The notes under the pieces are model-generated. The model saw only the letters and a list, made by a program, of their open reading frames with translations, was not told where the DNA came from and ran no database searches. Shown here in pieces: positions 18,858-28,984 of a stretch of DNA of 64,000 bases. How positions within the stretch are numbered: position 1 is the stretch's first letter; the number at the start of each line of letters is the position of its first letter. Location of the stretch: assembly GCA_038252165.1 (NCBI GenBank), contig JBBSAP010000005.1, positions 61 through 64,060 on the forward strand. The letters are read 5' to 3'. The stretch comes from Bacteroidales bacterium. GTDB lineage: Bacteria; Bacteroidota; Bacteroidia; Bacteroidales; VadinHA17. A program made the position numbers and the translations under genes.

Positions 18858-20705
18858 TTAAACTTCTTCCTCTACCAGATCTTCCTCAACCCTCAGATTT
18901 TCAATAATAAAATCCTGTCTGTCGGGTGTATTCTTTCCCATATAGAATTCAAGATACCCGTTTACGGCATCGTTTTTCTTCATCCTTACCGGTTCAAGCC
19001 GGATATCCTTTCCTATAAAATGCTTGAATTCATCAGGAGAGATTTCACCAAGACCTTTAAACCTGGTTATTTCAGGAGCAGGTCCGAGTACTTTGATTGC
19101 TTTTGCCTTTTCATCAGGCGTATAACAATATCTGGTATCCTTCTTGTTCCTTACTCTGAATAGTGGCGTCTGTAGGATATAAACATGTCCCTTTCTGACG
19201 AGATCAGGAAAGAACTGAAGGAAGAAAGTCAGGAGGAGGAGCCTGATATGCATACCATCAACATCGGCATCTGTTGCAATAACAACATTGTTGTATCTCA
19301 GGTCCTCAATTCCATCCTCAACATTCAAAGCCGACTGGAGGAGATTGAATTCCTCATTTTCATAGACTATCTTCTTTGTCAGGCCATACGAATTGAGTGG
19401 TTTTCCCCTGAGACTGAAGACTGCCTGTGTTTCAACATTCCGCGATTTTGTGATAGAGCCGCTGGCAGAATCTCCCTCAGTTATGAAGATTGTGGAATCG
19501 AGGTTTCTCGAATCGTTAGTGTTGAAATGGATCCTGCAGTCGCGAAGTTTTTTATTATGAAGGCTTACCTTTTTTGCCCTGTCCCTGGCGAGCTTCTGTA
19601 TTGAAGATATTGCTTTCCTCTCTTTTTCTGAATCCTGAATCTTCTGAAGAAGGATCCTGGCTGTTTCAGAATTCTTATGCAGATAATCGTCCAGCTGCTT
19701 CCTGATGAATTCGCTGATGAAATTCCTGACTGACGGCCCTTCGGGTCCCATATCCTTTGATCCAAGCTTGGTTTTGGTCTGCGATTCGAAGATAGGCTCC
19801 TCAACTTTTATGCTGATGGCAGCAATAATAGAGGACCTTATATCAGCCGGCTCATAATCTTTCTTGTAAAAATCACGGACAGTTTTGACAAATGCTTCCC
19901 TGAAAGCTATGAGGTGCGATCCTCCCTGTGTTGTATTCTGACCATTTACAAAACTGTAATAATCTTCTCCATATGTCAATCCATGAGTAAAAGCGATCTC
20001 GATATCCTCTCCCCTAAGATGAACAATCGGATAGAGTCCCTCCTTGTTCATGTTTTCATTAAGAAGATCAACAAGTCCGTTTTTTGAAAAGAATTTGTTC
20101 CCGTTGAAATTGATTACAAGTCCGGCATTCAGGTAAACGTAGTTTTTCAGCATTGAATCCACGTATTCCGATATATAGTAATAATTGCCGAACAAAGCCT
20201 CATCAGGCTGGAATATTACCTCAACACCATTCTCTTCGGTGGTTGGCTCCAGGGGAGGATCCTTAATTGTAACTCCGTGAGCGAATTCACTCACCTTGAT
20301 CTGCCCGTCGCGGATCGACCTGATTATGAACCTGCTCGACAATGCATTAACCGCCTTGACACCAACACCGTTCAATCCCACAGATTTTTTAAATGCTTTT
20401 GAATCGTATTTAGCACCTGTGTTCATTTTCGAGACCGCCTCAGTCACTTTTCCCAATGGGATTCCACGGCCATAGTCGCGTACCCTCACCTCATTACCGT
20501 TGATCGCTACATCAATTTTCTTGCCGTAACACATCATATATTCATCAACGGCGTTATCCATCACTTCTTTCAGCAGTACATAAATTCCATCATCCTGCGA
20601 GGATCCGTCACCCAGCTTCCCAATGTACATACCAGGCCTTAACCGTATATGTTCCCGCCATTCGAGGGTTTTTATATGCTCTTCAGAATATCCGACAACT
20701 GTCAT
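18858..20705 (-). CDS. parE: DNA topoisomerase IV subunit B
   Basis: 615 aa with GHKL ATPase motifs ([23 protein letters not shown]) and Toprim motifs ([12 protein letters not shown]-like [21 protein letters not shown]). Confidence 0.9.
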   Translation of the reverse strand: MTVVGYSEEHIKTLEWREHIRLRPGMYIGKLGDGSSQDDGIYVLLKEVMDNAVDEYMMCYGKKIDVAINGNEVRVRDYGRGIPLGKVTEAVSKMNTGAKYDSKAFKKSVGLNGVGVKAVNALSSRFIIRSIRDGQIKVSEFAHGVTIKDPPLEPTTEENGVEVIFQPDEALFGNYYYISEYVDSMLKNYVYLNAGLVINFNGNKFFSKNGLVDLLNENMNKEGLYPIVHLRGEDIEIAFTHGLTYGEDYYSFVNGQNTTQGGSHLIAFREAFVKTVRDFYKKDYEPADIRSSIIAAISIKVEEPIFESQTKTKLGSKDMGPEGPSVRNFISEFIRKQLDDYLHKNSETARILLQKIQDSEKERKAISSIQKLARDRAKKVSLHNKKLRDCRIHFNTNDSRNLDSTIFITEGDSASGSITKSRNVETQAVFSLRGKPLNSYGLTKKIVYENEEFNLLQSALNVEDGIEDLRYNNVVIATDADVDGMHIRLLLLTFFLQFFPDLVRKGHVYILQTPLFRVRNKKDTRYCYTPDEKAKAIKVLGPAPEITRFKGLGEISPDEFKHFIGKDIRLEPVRMKKNDAVNGYLEFYMGKNTPDRQDFIIENLRVEEDLVEEEV

Positions 20706-20721
20706 TTTTAAGAATTTTGCG

Positions 20722-20729
20722 CAAATATA
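20722..20729 (-). promoter_or_regulatory. candidate Bacteroidota sigma-A -7 box (TATATTTG) for parE
   Basis: The reverse complement of 20722-20729 is TATATTTG, an exact fit to TAnnTTTG. It lies 16 nt upstream of the parE ATG. Confidence 0.55.
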
Positions 20730-20889
20730 GTTATTTAGGCATGGTCTCTCCTGTCAATTTTTCAACAATTGCCACGATTTTTAACCGCTTGAAAAAGGTA
20801 AAAAGCGAGGATCGGAAATATTTACCTGATTAATTGACTTTTATACTGGACTATATGCCTGGTTATAAATTGTTAATAAATGATAACAA

Positions 20890-22689
20890 TCAGGCAATAC
20901 CCATTTGCCTCATCAGTGTGGCCGCATTCATTTTACGGGTAATGCCGTCGCGTAACAGATAGTCAAAGTCTATTTTTTCCCCGTCAATTTCTATCTCAAA
21001 GCATTTATTTACAACATTTCCGGGATATTCCGCTTCCATTTCACCCAGAGATATATCGTGAGTGGCAATAAGGCCTGTTCCTCCGAGATCAATCACACGC
21101 CTTAGAAATCGTTTTGAACCAAGGCTTTTATCTGTTGAATTTGTTCCTTTCAGTATCTCATCCAGGATAAAAAAGATATCTTCACCTTTTTCCAGTCTTT
21201 CCTTCAGGGCTTTAAGCCTTTTAAGCTCCGCATAGAAATATGACTCATTATTGCTGAGGGAGTCCACTGTGCGCATACTTGTGAAAAGCTCTAAAGGCGT
21301 AAACCTCATTTTTTCTGCGCATACAGGAGCGCCTGCCATACCCAGAATCATATTTACAGCCACTGTGCGCAGAAATGTACTTTTCCCGGCCATATTGGCA
21401 CCTGTTATTATAAATACCTGTCCGCGCCGGAGGACTGAGAAATCGTTGCTGACCCTGGTTTCTCTCTTCAGAAGGGGATGCCCAATCCTGAAAGCTTCCA
21501 GGACAGGTCCGTCTTTAAGCACCTCCGGAAAAGAATTATCAGGATTGTTAAATGAATAATTTGCAAGGCTGATAAGCCCGTCAGCCTTACCAAGAAGATT
21601 GAGCCATACCGGCAGGCTTGATGCTGCCGACCTTCTCCACTTTTCAAGCCTCATGATGCAGTGAAAATCCCACATGAGTAATCCATTGAGAATCAACCCG
21701 ACAAACAGATTCAACCTGCTGTCAAATGCACTGATTATATTATTAAGTTCCCTTATTTCAGATGCCACGGAACTTTGTCCGGCACATAGTTTTTCCTTTA
21801 TGGCCGACATGACATCAGACTTAAATTGTTCTTTATCAAAAGAACCGACAAGCTGCTCAAAAGATGAAAGGAAAAGCTGTTTCCTGGAAACCATGGCGTG
21901 TATCCTGTTGCTCTTTTTCAGGAACCGACCAATCAGGGAAAGGTTGAAAACATACAGAATCAGAAAAATCATAAACGGAAGAACTCCTGCAAATACAAGA
22001 AAGAGTGTAATGATTGCAGCAAGAGGTAAAACACCGGATGAAATCCTCATAAGCGGAGATGAATAGGAATCATCACTTTCATTCAGCCATTCACGCAGGC
22101 TTTTAATTTCTTCATCATTCAATGGTTTATCAAGCCCGAAGGCCATGAATTGTTGTCGCCAGGCCAGCTTCCCTGCAAGCTCCCCGACAGCATCCTGTCT
22201 TTCGTTTATCTCTTTCCTCAAATCATATGGTTTGGACAGCCATCCGGCGAGCTGGGATCTGCCAGAACCTGTAACTGTCCGGTTAAGGTATCTGAATAAT
22301 GAATCTTCACCGAAAAGATCAATATCGCCAGAAAAATCATGCTTTGCATCTAAAAGGTCAGATCCCCCGTCAAATGCAGAATAATCACCATCAAGGCCAT
22401 TGATCTCATTGTCATTAACTTTGATCAGGTTTTTTGTGATAGTTATTTTACCGGAATAGTCCTCAAATTTTTTTATAAGAAAAAGGAAGAAAATGATGCT
22501 GGTCACCAGAGCAATTATTCCTCCAATTAATGTGTGACTGAATGCAATTACTGATAGAATGCCTCCCGCGATGAATACAATAAGTCGGAATAGTGAAATT
22601 AGCAGTTGCTGTTTCTTAAATACTGCAAGAAGAGCTTCATTCTCCTGCTTCAGATCCGTGTAAGTTTTTCTGATATCCCCCTGGTTCAT
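20890..22689 (-). CDS. membrane-anchored MutS-related ATPase (MutS domain V only)
   Basis: 599 aa. Two hydrophobic hairpins are present (LIVFIAGGILSVIAF..GGIIALVTSIIFFLFLI and LPLAAIITLFLVFAGVLPFMIFLILYVF). The C-terminal MutS ABC-ATPase signature is ITGANMAGKSTFLRTV..YFYAELKRL..FILDEILKGTNS..ATHD. No mismatch-binding domain I is recognisable. Confidence 0.85.
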   Translation of the reverse strand: MNQGDIRKTYTDLKQENEALLAVFKKQQLLISLFRLIVFIAGGILSVIAFSHTLIGGIIALVTSIIFFLFLIKKFEDYSGKITITKNLIKVNDNEINGLDGDYSAFDGGSDLLDAKHDFSGDIDLFGEDSLFRYLNRTVTGSGRSQLAGWLSKPYDLRKEINERQDAVGELAGKLAWRQQFMAFGLDKPLNDEEIKSLREWLNESDDSYSSPLMRISSGVLPLAAIITLFLVFAGVLPFMIFLILYVFNLSLIGRFLKKSNRIHAMVSRKQLFLSSFEQLVGSFDKEQFKSDVMSAIKEKLCAGQSSVASEIRELNNIISAFDSRLNLFVGLILNGLLMWDFHCIMRLEKWRRSAASSLPVWLNLLGKADGLISLANYSFNNPDNSFPEVLKDGPVLEAFRIGHPLLKRETRVSNDFSVLRRGQVFIITGANMAGKSTFLRTVAVNMILGMAGAPVCAEKMRFTPLELFTSMRTVDSLSNNESYFYAELKRLKALKERLEKGEDIFFILDEILKGTNSTDKSLGSKRFLRRVIDLGGTGLIATHDISLGEMEAEYPGNVVNKCFEIEIDGEKIDFDYLLRDGITRKMNAATLMRQMGIA

Positions 22690-22690
22690 A

Positions 22691-23467
22691 TTATAGTATC
22701 ATTGCTTCAACTTTGAAAACTGATTTCTTTCTGTAGTAATCCGACTTCCGCAGATCAAAATTCCATGTCCATTCCTCTTTTAGCTTTGATACAGGAAGAT
22801 CCGTTAACACAGAAGGATTTTCAGCGGTATTGCCGGAATTGTCTGTGATAATTTCTGAAATGTCCGTGATAAGCACTGATTTATGTTTTTTCAGGAATGA
22901 GATATGTTTTAACTGAACCTCTTTTCTGAACCGCTGAAAACCTTCTTCATTTTTCACAGATCTTTTTTTGATGAATTCAAGAGGCAGGTCTTCAAGCTGA
23001 GTGAGTATATTAAGCGATATCACCATTCCCGGATCAAACTGAGGCTGGTATTCAAATATCCTTATTTCATCAAGGGACCGGAGCTTGTTAAAAAATAAAC
23101 GGCGCCTTGTTTTCTGCCAGACTTCGCCTATCAATCCGCCGGAAACATCTTCTTCCCTCAGGATAACTTTTTTAAGATGTGCTGCCTGTTCCTTCACTTC
23201 AGGAGGATGAACAATATCGACCAGGTTAATTTCTTCAACTGCATCATTCATTTCTTTCAATGGGAGATCGAGCAACCAACCGCTGCCGAGAACAGTCACT
23301 TTTAAAGGCTTGTAAAAATCGAGCGCTTTCAGAATAAAATTTCTGCAGTTCTTCAAGTGGCTGTTCCAGCTTCCCTCCTCATCAAGGTGATGATATATCA
23401 GCCCGCGCTGATAGTTATAATAACCCATCCTGTTAAGGATCGTCCGGGATGACAGGTTGTGCGCCAT
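22691..23467 (-). CDS. hypothetical protein (possible Rossmann-like fold)
   Basis: 258-aa ORF packed between the acyltransferase gene (5-nt gap) and the MutS-like gene (1-nt gap). The segment VTVLGSGWLLDLPL...INLVDI only weakly resembles methyltransferase motif I and post-I. Confidence 0.55.
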   Translation of the reverse strand: MAHNLSSRTILNRMGYYNYQRGLIYHHLDEEGSWNSHLKNCRNFILKALDFYKPLKVTVLGSGWLLDLPLKEMNDAVEEINLVDIVHPPEVKEQAAHLKKVILREEDVSGGLIGEVWQKTRRRLFFNKLRSLDEIRIFEYQPQFDPGMVISLNILTQLEDLPLEFIKKRSVKNEEGFQRFRKEVQLKHISFLKKHKSVLITDISEIITDNSGNTAENPSVLTDLPVSKLKEEWTWNFDLRKSDYYRKKSVFKVEAMIL

Positions 23468-23472
23468 TTTTT

Positions 23473-24207
23473 TTATTTGCCACGTAATTCTTTAAGGGCT
23501 CCAGTCATAAAATTACTGAAATTCTGTGAGAGAACATATGGATCATCAGTGTTAAACGACTCAGGCATTACCGGGTCAAACACTTTGATCCTTATTTTGT
23601 GGCCGGTAGTGAATATCATCCCGTGCTTGGGAAGTACTCCGCCTGATCCGTCAAGGACAATTGGAAGTATTGGTATATTAGCATTTATGGCCAGCTGAAA
23701 TGCGCCTCTCTTGAAAAATCCAATCTCACAGTCGGCAGACCTTGTTCCTTCAGGGAACATCATTATTGAAGTTCCCCCTTTCAGGCACCGAAATGATTTC
23801 ACCATCATCTCTTCCTTGCTCTCGTCGTTTCCTCTGTCAATTATTATGTAACCTGCCATCCTGATATACCACCCCAGCACGGGAGCTTTCATGTTTTCGA
23901 TCTTTGAGATCCATTTGAGCCTGTAGCGAAGGCAGTTTATCAGAAGAATATCGAGTATTGACTGATGATTGGAAATAATTACAAAGGGAGTGTCCATTAA
24001 TCCTTTCTCCCTCCCTTCAATCCTGATTTTCCAGATTGGCAGAAGCCATACAAGAATCCGGCTTTGCCAGTTCAAAATCCAGTGAATGATTTCCCTATCC
24101 CTGTCAAATGGCAGAACCAGGAGCCAGATTACAAATGTTAACGGGAAAAACAGCAGCATGTAAACTATGCCAACAAACCAGACTACTAATGATTTAAGAA
24201 CATCCAT
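23473..24207 (-). CDS. 1-acyl-sn-glycerol-3-phosphate (lysophospholipid) acyltransferase family protein
   Basis: 244 aa with N-terminal TM helices, the HX4D motif NHQSILD and the FPEGTRS motif. Confidence 0.85.
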   Translation of the reverse strand: MDVLKSLVVWFVGIVYMLLFFPLTFVIWLLVLPFDRDREIIHWILNWQSRILVWLLPIWKIRIEGREKGLMDTPFVIISNHQSILDILLINCLRYRLKWISKIENMKAPVLGWYIRMAGYIIIDRGNDESKEEMMVKSFRCLKGGTSIMMFPEGTRSADCEIGFFKRGAFQLAINANIPILPIVLDGSGGVLPKHGMIFTTGHKIRIKVFDPVMPESFNTDDPYVLSQNFSNFMTGALKELRGK

Positions 24208-24223
24208 AACAAATAATTATTGC

Positions 24224-24346
24224 CTTCTGTCTCTCTGCGTTCCTCTGTGTTAGTTTTGCCCCCAACCCCCTAAAGCCTACCTGCCGGTAGGCAGGGGGGC
24301 TAATTATCAAACGGATTAATTGCCCCCCTTCAGGGAGAATGGGGGG
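24224..24346. repeat. composite intergenic element: CTCTGTG-rich arm plus a C5AAC5...G6 hairpin module
   Basis: The arm is CTGTCTCTCTGCGTTCCTCTGTG. It is followed by CCCCCAACCCCC (24259-24270), GGGGGG (24294-24299), ACGGATTA, CCCCCC (24323-24328) and GGGGGG (24341-24346). The module is collinear with the one at 28805-28877. Confidence 0.75.
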
Positions 24347-24386
24347 TGATTTCTATACAGACGACGTTAGAGACTATAAATATTTT

Positions 24387-25349
24387 TTAGAAGAAATTGT
24401 ATATATCAAATCCCTGCTTAAAGATATTCTCTTTTCTGAATAGATACTGCAAATCTTCGACCATATGCCTGCAACCGATAAGCTTATTTCCAGCCTGTTC
24501 AAGTTCCCCGGAACCCTTTATTTCAATCTTTCTTATGATCCCGTCCATAACATGCAGGCTGCAAAAAGAAACCGTCCTGTTGTATTCAAAGCTGGTTTTG
24601 AAATGATATTCGGGACCATAAGCATAGTTCCATTCCCAGGTTCTGTATTTTGTTTCAGCCAGGGATTTTATTTCCTCAATTTCCTTATCAGAAAGATCAA
24701 TTACTCCGGATCCCGGACTGTTATTCAAAAACCAGTCCAACATCAGGAGTCTGAACTCATGAATTGTATCAAAATGACTATCAGTGTTTTTTAATACTCT
24801 GGCCAGGTTAGTTACTGCAGAGGGGTTTGAGCTCACTGCTCTGGTTTCGTATTTCGAAGTATCTTTTCTTATTGCACCACTCATCAGTTCAAGATCACTA
24901 TCAAATAGCAATGTCCCGTGATGCAGTACCCTGTTTCTGTATACATGCTCGGCATTACCCGATATTTTGAGTCCTCCGGCCTTAAGGTCATTTTTACCTT
25001 CAAATTTCGCATCAACGCCGATTGATGCTAAAAAGCCAATCACCGGAAGAGTGTACTTTCTGAAGTCTATCTGCTTTCCCTCATTGCTGTTCAGGATGAA
25101 GGTGAAGTTCAGGTTTCCGGTATCGTGAAATACGGTTCCTCCCCCGGAAATTCTCCTGATCACAGGTATATTACATTCCGTAATAAATTTCGTGTTGGTT
25201 TCCCTGTGGGCTGACTGGTGCTTCCCGATTATTACCGATTTGTCATTTATCCCCAGGATAAGATATTCCCCACTTCTGTTTTTAAGCAGATATTCATCAA
25301 CTGCGAGATTAAAAAAGGGGTCGGTGGAAGTGAGTGAGAGGCAAAGCAT
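24387..25349 (-). CDS. lplA: lipoate-protein ligase A
   Basis: 320 aa with FNLAVDEYLL, RRISGGGTVFHD.GNLNF and the KISGNA lysine motif typical of LplA/LipB-fold ligases. Confidence 0.85.
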   Translation of the reverse strand: MLCLSLTSTDPFFNLAVDEYLLKNRSGEYLILGINDKSVIIGKHQSAHRETNTKFITECNIPVIRRISGGGTVFHDTGNLNFTFILNSNEGKQIDFRKYTLPVIGFLASIGVDAKFEGKNDLKAGGLKISGNAEHVYRNRVLHHGTLLFDSDLELMSGAIRKDTSKYETRAVSSNPSAVTNLARVLKNTDSHFDTIHEFRLLMLDWFLNNSPGSGVIDLSDKEIEEIKSLAETKYRTWEWNYAYGPEYHFKTSFEYNRTVSFCSLHVMDGIIRKIEIKGSGELEQAGNKLIGCRHMVEDLQYLFRKENIFKQGFDIYNFF

Positions 25350-25376
25350 TTTCCAGGTGAATAGTCGGGCGCGGAT

Positions 25377-25988
25377 TTATAATCCCTGCCCGTTGTCAGG
25401 GTCCGGCACGGATTGCAAATCAGTGCCAGCCTCTTTTTTCTTAAGAATCAGCTTATCGGCCAGTTCATATAATTTATAAACTCCCCATCCTATCAATATT
25501 CCAAGGAGAGCTCCGCCAAGGACGTCCCCGGGATAATGAACTCCGAGGTAAATCCTGCTGTAGCTGACGACTGCTGCCCAGATAATGATAAAGAGTGAGT
25601 ACCAGCTATTCCTGATGAGCAGTAAGCTGAGGAGTGCAACAGAAAAAGAGTTTGCTGCATGGGAAGAAACAAATCCGTACATACCGCCGCACTTCCCGTT
25701 AACCATATGCACGAGTCCCTGAAGTGATGATTCATGACACGGTCGTGGCCGGTCAAATGCATTTTTAATAAAAACCGATATCTGGTCTGATAACACAACA
25801 GCAAGAATTATAAACAGTATGATTACCCAGAATCTCTTTTTATACCTTATCCCCAGAAAAAAGAGTATGGCAAGGTACATTGGGATCCAAACCGCCACCA
25901 GACTCATGAAGTTCATCACTACATCCCAGAACGGGGAGTTGACAGAGTTAAAAAAAAGGAAAAGCCGGTGATCAAGTTGTCCGACCAT
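25377..25988 (-). CDS. PAP2-family phosphatase (undecaprenyl-diphosphatase-like)
   Basis: 203 aa and multi-TM. PAP2 motifs are present: KNAFDRPRP, SFVSSHAANSF and SRIYLGVHYPGDVLGG. Confidence 0.85.
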   Translation of the reverse strand: MVGQLDHRLFLFFNSVNSPFWDVVMNFMSLVAVWIPMYLAILFFLGIRYKKRFWVIILFIILAVVLSDQISVFIKNAFDRPRPCHESSLQGLVHMVNGKCGGMYGFVSSHAANSFSVALLSLLLIRNSWYSLFIIIWAAVVSYSRIYLGVHYPGDVLGGALLGILIGWGVYKLYELADKLILKKKEAGTDLQSVPDPDNGQGL

Positions 25989-25993
25989 AATTT

Positions 25994-26986
25994 TTAATAA
26001 TTATTAAGAACTTTCCAGATCATATCCTTCAGGGTGCTTATCCCGTCTCCTGTAACTGAAGAGAAAAAGGCACGAGAGACGTCGGGCAGTTCTTTTCTGA
26101 TTTCATTCTTGAGTTCCTCGTCGAGCAGATCTGATTTCGAGATCCCCAGAAGCCGTTTTTTATCAAGCAATTCGGGGTTATACATTTTCAGCTCATTCAC
26201 AAGGATCTCATATTCTTCCTGAATATTTTTACTGTCGGCCGGAACAATAAAAAGGAGCATTGAGTTTCGTTCAATATGCCTGAGGAATCTTATTCCCAGT
26301 CCCTTTCCCTCATGTGCGCCTTCAATGATCCCTGGAATATCAGCCATGACAAAGGATTTATCATCCCTGTATGATACAATCCCAAGGTTAGGCACAAGTG
26401 TAGTAAACGGATAGTCTGCAATTTTAGGTTTTGCAGCTGATACTACAGACAGAAGGGTTGATTTTCCTGCATTTGGAAATCCGACCAGTCCCACATCTGC
26501 AAGTATTTTAAGCTCCAGTATAAATGCCTCCTCAATGCCCCGCTCTCCGGGCTGGGCATACCGGGGGGTCTGGTTTGTCGATGATTTGAAGTGGGTATTT
26601 CCCTGGCCGCCGCGCCCTCCCCTGACAAGGATCTTTTCATCAGCATGGTCAGTAATCTCAAAGAGGATCTCATCTGTGTTCTCATTCCTGGCTATGGTAC
26701 CCAGTGGTACCTCAACAATCACATCACCTCCGTCGGCTCCTGTTGATTGCTGTGCACCTCCTGCTTCTCCGTTCCCCGCGAAAATATGTCGTCTGTATCT
26801 CAGATGAAGCAGGGTCCACATCTGATTGTTACCCTTGAGAATTATATGGCCTCCCCTTCCCCCGTCACCACCGTCAGGGCCTCCCTTCGGAATGAATTTC
26901 TCCCTCCGGAGATGGGCGGAGCCCGGCCCTCCATTGCCTGACCGGCAATAGATCTTTACATAATCAACGAAGTTCGATCCTGGCAT
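25994..26986 (-). CDS. obg: GTPase Obg/CgtA
   Basis: A Gly-rich Obg fold ([21 protein letters not shown]) is followed by G-domain motifs [18 protein letters not shown] and SKSD. Confidence 0.95.
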   Translation of the reverse strand: MPGSNFVDYVKIYCRSGNGGPGSAHLRREKFIPKGGPDGGDGGRGGHIILKGNNQMWTLLHLRYRRHIFAGNGEAGGAQQSTGADGGDVIVEVPLGTIARNENTDEILFEITDHADEKILVRGGRGGQGNTHFKSSTNQTPRYAQPGERGIEEAFILELKILADVGLVGFPNAGKSTLLSVVSAAKPKIADYPFTTLVPNLGIVSYRDDKSFVMADIPGIIEGAHEGKGLGIRFLRHIERNSMLLFIVPADSKNIQEEYEILVNELKMYNPELLDKKRLLGISKSDLLDEELKNEIRKELPDVSRAFFSSVTGDGISTLKDMIWKVLNNY

Positions 26987-27053
26987 TTTTAAATATTGTT
27001 AGAATCCTCTAAAAAGAGCCCTATTCCCCCATTCTCGTCCTCTCCCACTCCTC

Positions 27054-27629
27054 TTAAAGAAGCTTTTTGATATACCCACTAAGACGTTCGAAGATATTTT
27101 CTATTGATCCCATTCCGTTAACGGGCTGATAGATACCTCTTTCCCGGCAGAACTCAATTATAGGCTCGGTTTTGGCTTTGTAAACATCGATCCTGTTTTC
27201 AATAACTGCATGATTCTTATCGTCGGGGCGGCCAGACTGTTCTGCCCTAAGGACCAGCCGTTTAACCAGTTCGTCGTGATCTACATCAAGGACGAGCATG
27301 CTGTCGATCTTCATCTTACGCCCATTAAGCATTTTTTCAAGTGCTTCGGTCTGGGCAACAGTACGGGGGAAACCGTCAAAAAGAAACCCTGATGATCCTT
27401 TAGTACTGTCGATCCTGGCCGCGATCATTTCGATAACGACCTCATCAGGGACCAGCTCGCCTTTCGACATTATTGAACTCATCTTTTTACCAAGCTCTGT
27501 TCCGGCTGCAATTTCAGCACGCAGCATGTCACCGGTCGACAGGTGAGTAAGATTGAATTTCTCAGCCAGTCTTACTGACTGTGTTCCCTTGCCTGATCCG
27601 GGAGGGCCAAAAATCAGAAAATTAACCAT
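27054..27629 (-). CDS. adk: adenylate kinase
   Basis: 191 aa with P-loop IFGPPGSGKGTQ plus LSTGDMLR and GFLFDGFPRT. It is the short form without a zinc lid. Confidence 0.95.
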   Translation of the reverse strand: MVNFLIFGPPGSGKGTQSVRLAEKFNLTHLSTGDMLRAEIAAGTELGKKMSSIMSKGELVPDEVVIEMIAARIDSTKGSSGFLFDGFPRTVAQTEALEKMLNGRKMKIDSMLVLDVDHDELVKRLVLRAEQSGRPDDKNHAVIENRIDVYKAKTEPIIEFCRERGIYQPVNGMGSIENIFERLSGYIKKLL

Positions 27630-27641
27630 AAGAAAATAATT

Positions 27642-28184
27642 TTAAAGCATTAATGTATAAACCGACGGGAGGTTACGTCCTTCACCGTTATAGTCGAGGC
27701 CGTAACCCACTACAAAATCATTTGGTATTTCGAATCCGATATAATCAATATGAATCTCCTTCCGGTAAGCTTCAGGCTTCAGAAGCAGTGTGACAATTCT
27801 GATTTCCCTTGCATCCCTGATAATAAGATTATCAACTGTATGCTCCAGTGTAACACCTGTATCTACAATGTCTTCTATTACAATAACTGATTTGTCTTTC
27901 AGATCCTCGTTCCATCCGATGAGTTCCTTTATTTCTCCTGATGAGGATGTACCTGTATAGGATGCAAGCTTAATAAATGTTATCCTTGCTCTGATATCAA
28001 GCCTCCTGAAGAGATCAGCTGCAAATATGAAGGCACCGTTGAGAACACCTATGCAGATCACATCTTTCCCTTCATAATCCTTGTTGATCTGGCTGGCAAG
28101 TTCATTTATTCTTTCCTGAATAGCGTGTTCAGGGATAAATTCCCTGAACCTTTTATCAAGGATCTGTACTTCTTTCATACCCAT
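27642..28184 (-). CDS. hpt: hypoxanthine phosphoribosyltransferase
   Basis: 180 aa with the PRPP-binding motif VIVIEDIVDTGVTL and the C-terminal motif VVGYGLDY. Confidence 0.9.
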   Translation of the reverse strand: MGMKEVQILDKRFREFIPEHAIQERINELASQINKDYEGKDVICIGVLNGAFIFAADLFRRLDIRARITFIKLASYTGTSSSGEIKELIGWNEDLKDKSVIVIEDIVDTGVTLEHTVDNLIIRDAREIRIVTLLLKPEAYRKEIHIDYIGFEIPNDFVVGYGLDYNGEGRNLPSVYTLML

Positions 28185-28229
28185 AGTTTTTGAATAAAGA
28201 ACGCCTGCGAAAATATGAAAATAATAGCT

Positions 28230-28237
28230 TATTTTTG
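28230..28237 (+). promoter_or_regulatory. candidate -7 box (TATTTTTG) for purE
   Basis: Fits TAnnTTTG and lies 33 nt upstream of the purE ATG at 28271. Confidence 0.5.
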
Positions 28238-28270
28238 TCCTTATCAGGAAGTTAAATTAAAATATTTTAT

Positions 28271-28777
28271 ATGGAACCAGTTGTAAGCATAATAATGGGA
28301 AGCACATCGGATATGCCTGTGATGGAGAAAGCTGCCCAGGTATTGAACGAATTCAGGATACCTTTTGAGATCAATGCACTGTCGGCACACAGGACTCCTG
28401 AAGAGGTCGGGAAATTTGCCAGGGGTGCTGCAGAGAGAGGGATCAAGGTAATTATTGCTGCCGCAGGGATGGCTGCTCATTTACCGGGAGTTATAGCTGC
28501 AATGACACCTCTTCCGGTGATCGGCGTGCCAATAAAAGCTTCTCTCGAAGGACTCGATTCAATTTTTTCAATACTTCAGATGCCTCCCGGAATACCGGTG
28601 GCCACAGTTGGCGTCAATGCTGCGCAGAATGCCGGAATACTTGCAGCCCAGATCATCGGGGCTGGTGACAGTGTAGTAATGAAGGAAGTCATAAAATACA
28701 AAGAAGGGCTGAAGAAGAAGATTGTGGAGGCTAATGAGGAACTGAAGAAGATTAAGTATCCCTACAAAACTAATTGA
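28271..28777 (+). CDS. purE: 5-(carboxyamino)imidazole ribonucleotide mutase
   Basis: 168 aa with IIMGSTSDMPVM, SAHRTPE, AAGMAAHLPGV and GVPI motifs. Confidence 0.95.
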   Translation: MEPVVSIIMGSTSDMPVMEKAAQVLNEFRIPFEINALSAHRTPEEVGKFARGAAERGIKVIIAAAGMAAHLPGVIAAMTPLPVIGVPIKASLEGLDSIFSILQMPPGIPVATVGVNAAQNAGILAAQIIGAGDSVVMKEVIKYKEGLKKKIVEANEELKKIKYPYKTN

Positions 28778-28804
28778 TTTCTTTTGTGTGTAACTAGCTT
28801 CTTA

Positions 28805-28912
28805 CCCCCAACCCCCCAATATAGGGGGGCTTAAAAAGAAATACGGATTTAAAGTCCCCCCTGGGGGATTTAGGGGTAAACTCCTGAGAAGCCACAAAGG
28901 GACACTAAGAGC
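28805..28912. repeat. composite intergenic element: C5AAC6...G6 hairpin module plus a CACAAAG/CACTAAGAG arm
   Basis: Contains CCCCCAACCCCCC (28805-28817), GGGGGG (28824-28829), ACGGATT (28843-28849), the CCCCCCTGGGGG hairpin (28856-28867), and then GCCACAAAGGGACACTAAGAGC (28891-28912). The skeleton matches 24259-24346. Confidence 0.75.
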
Positions 28913-28984
28913 TAAAAAAAATTAATTGATTCTGGTGACAGGATCATTTTTTTTTATATATTAGTAGTATAATTTGAAACAATT

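Noticed and set aside
18552-19163. 203-aa plus-strand ORF spanning the parC/parE junction. Similar long antisense ORFs lie at 11368-11838, 13408-13857, 30273-30758, 35660-36061, 40036-40464 and 59222-59737.
   Set aside because: All lie entirely antisense to, or overlapping, strongly supported genes. Their composition is low-complexity or biased and they carry no recognisable motifs. This is typical of shadow ORFs.
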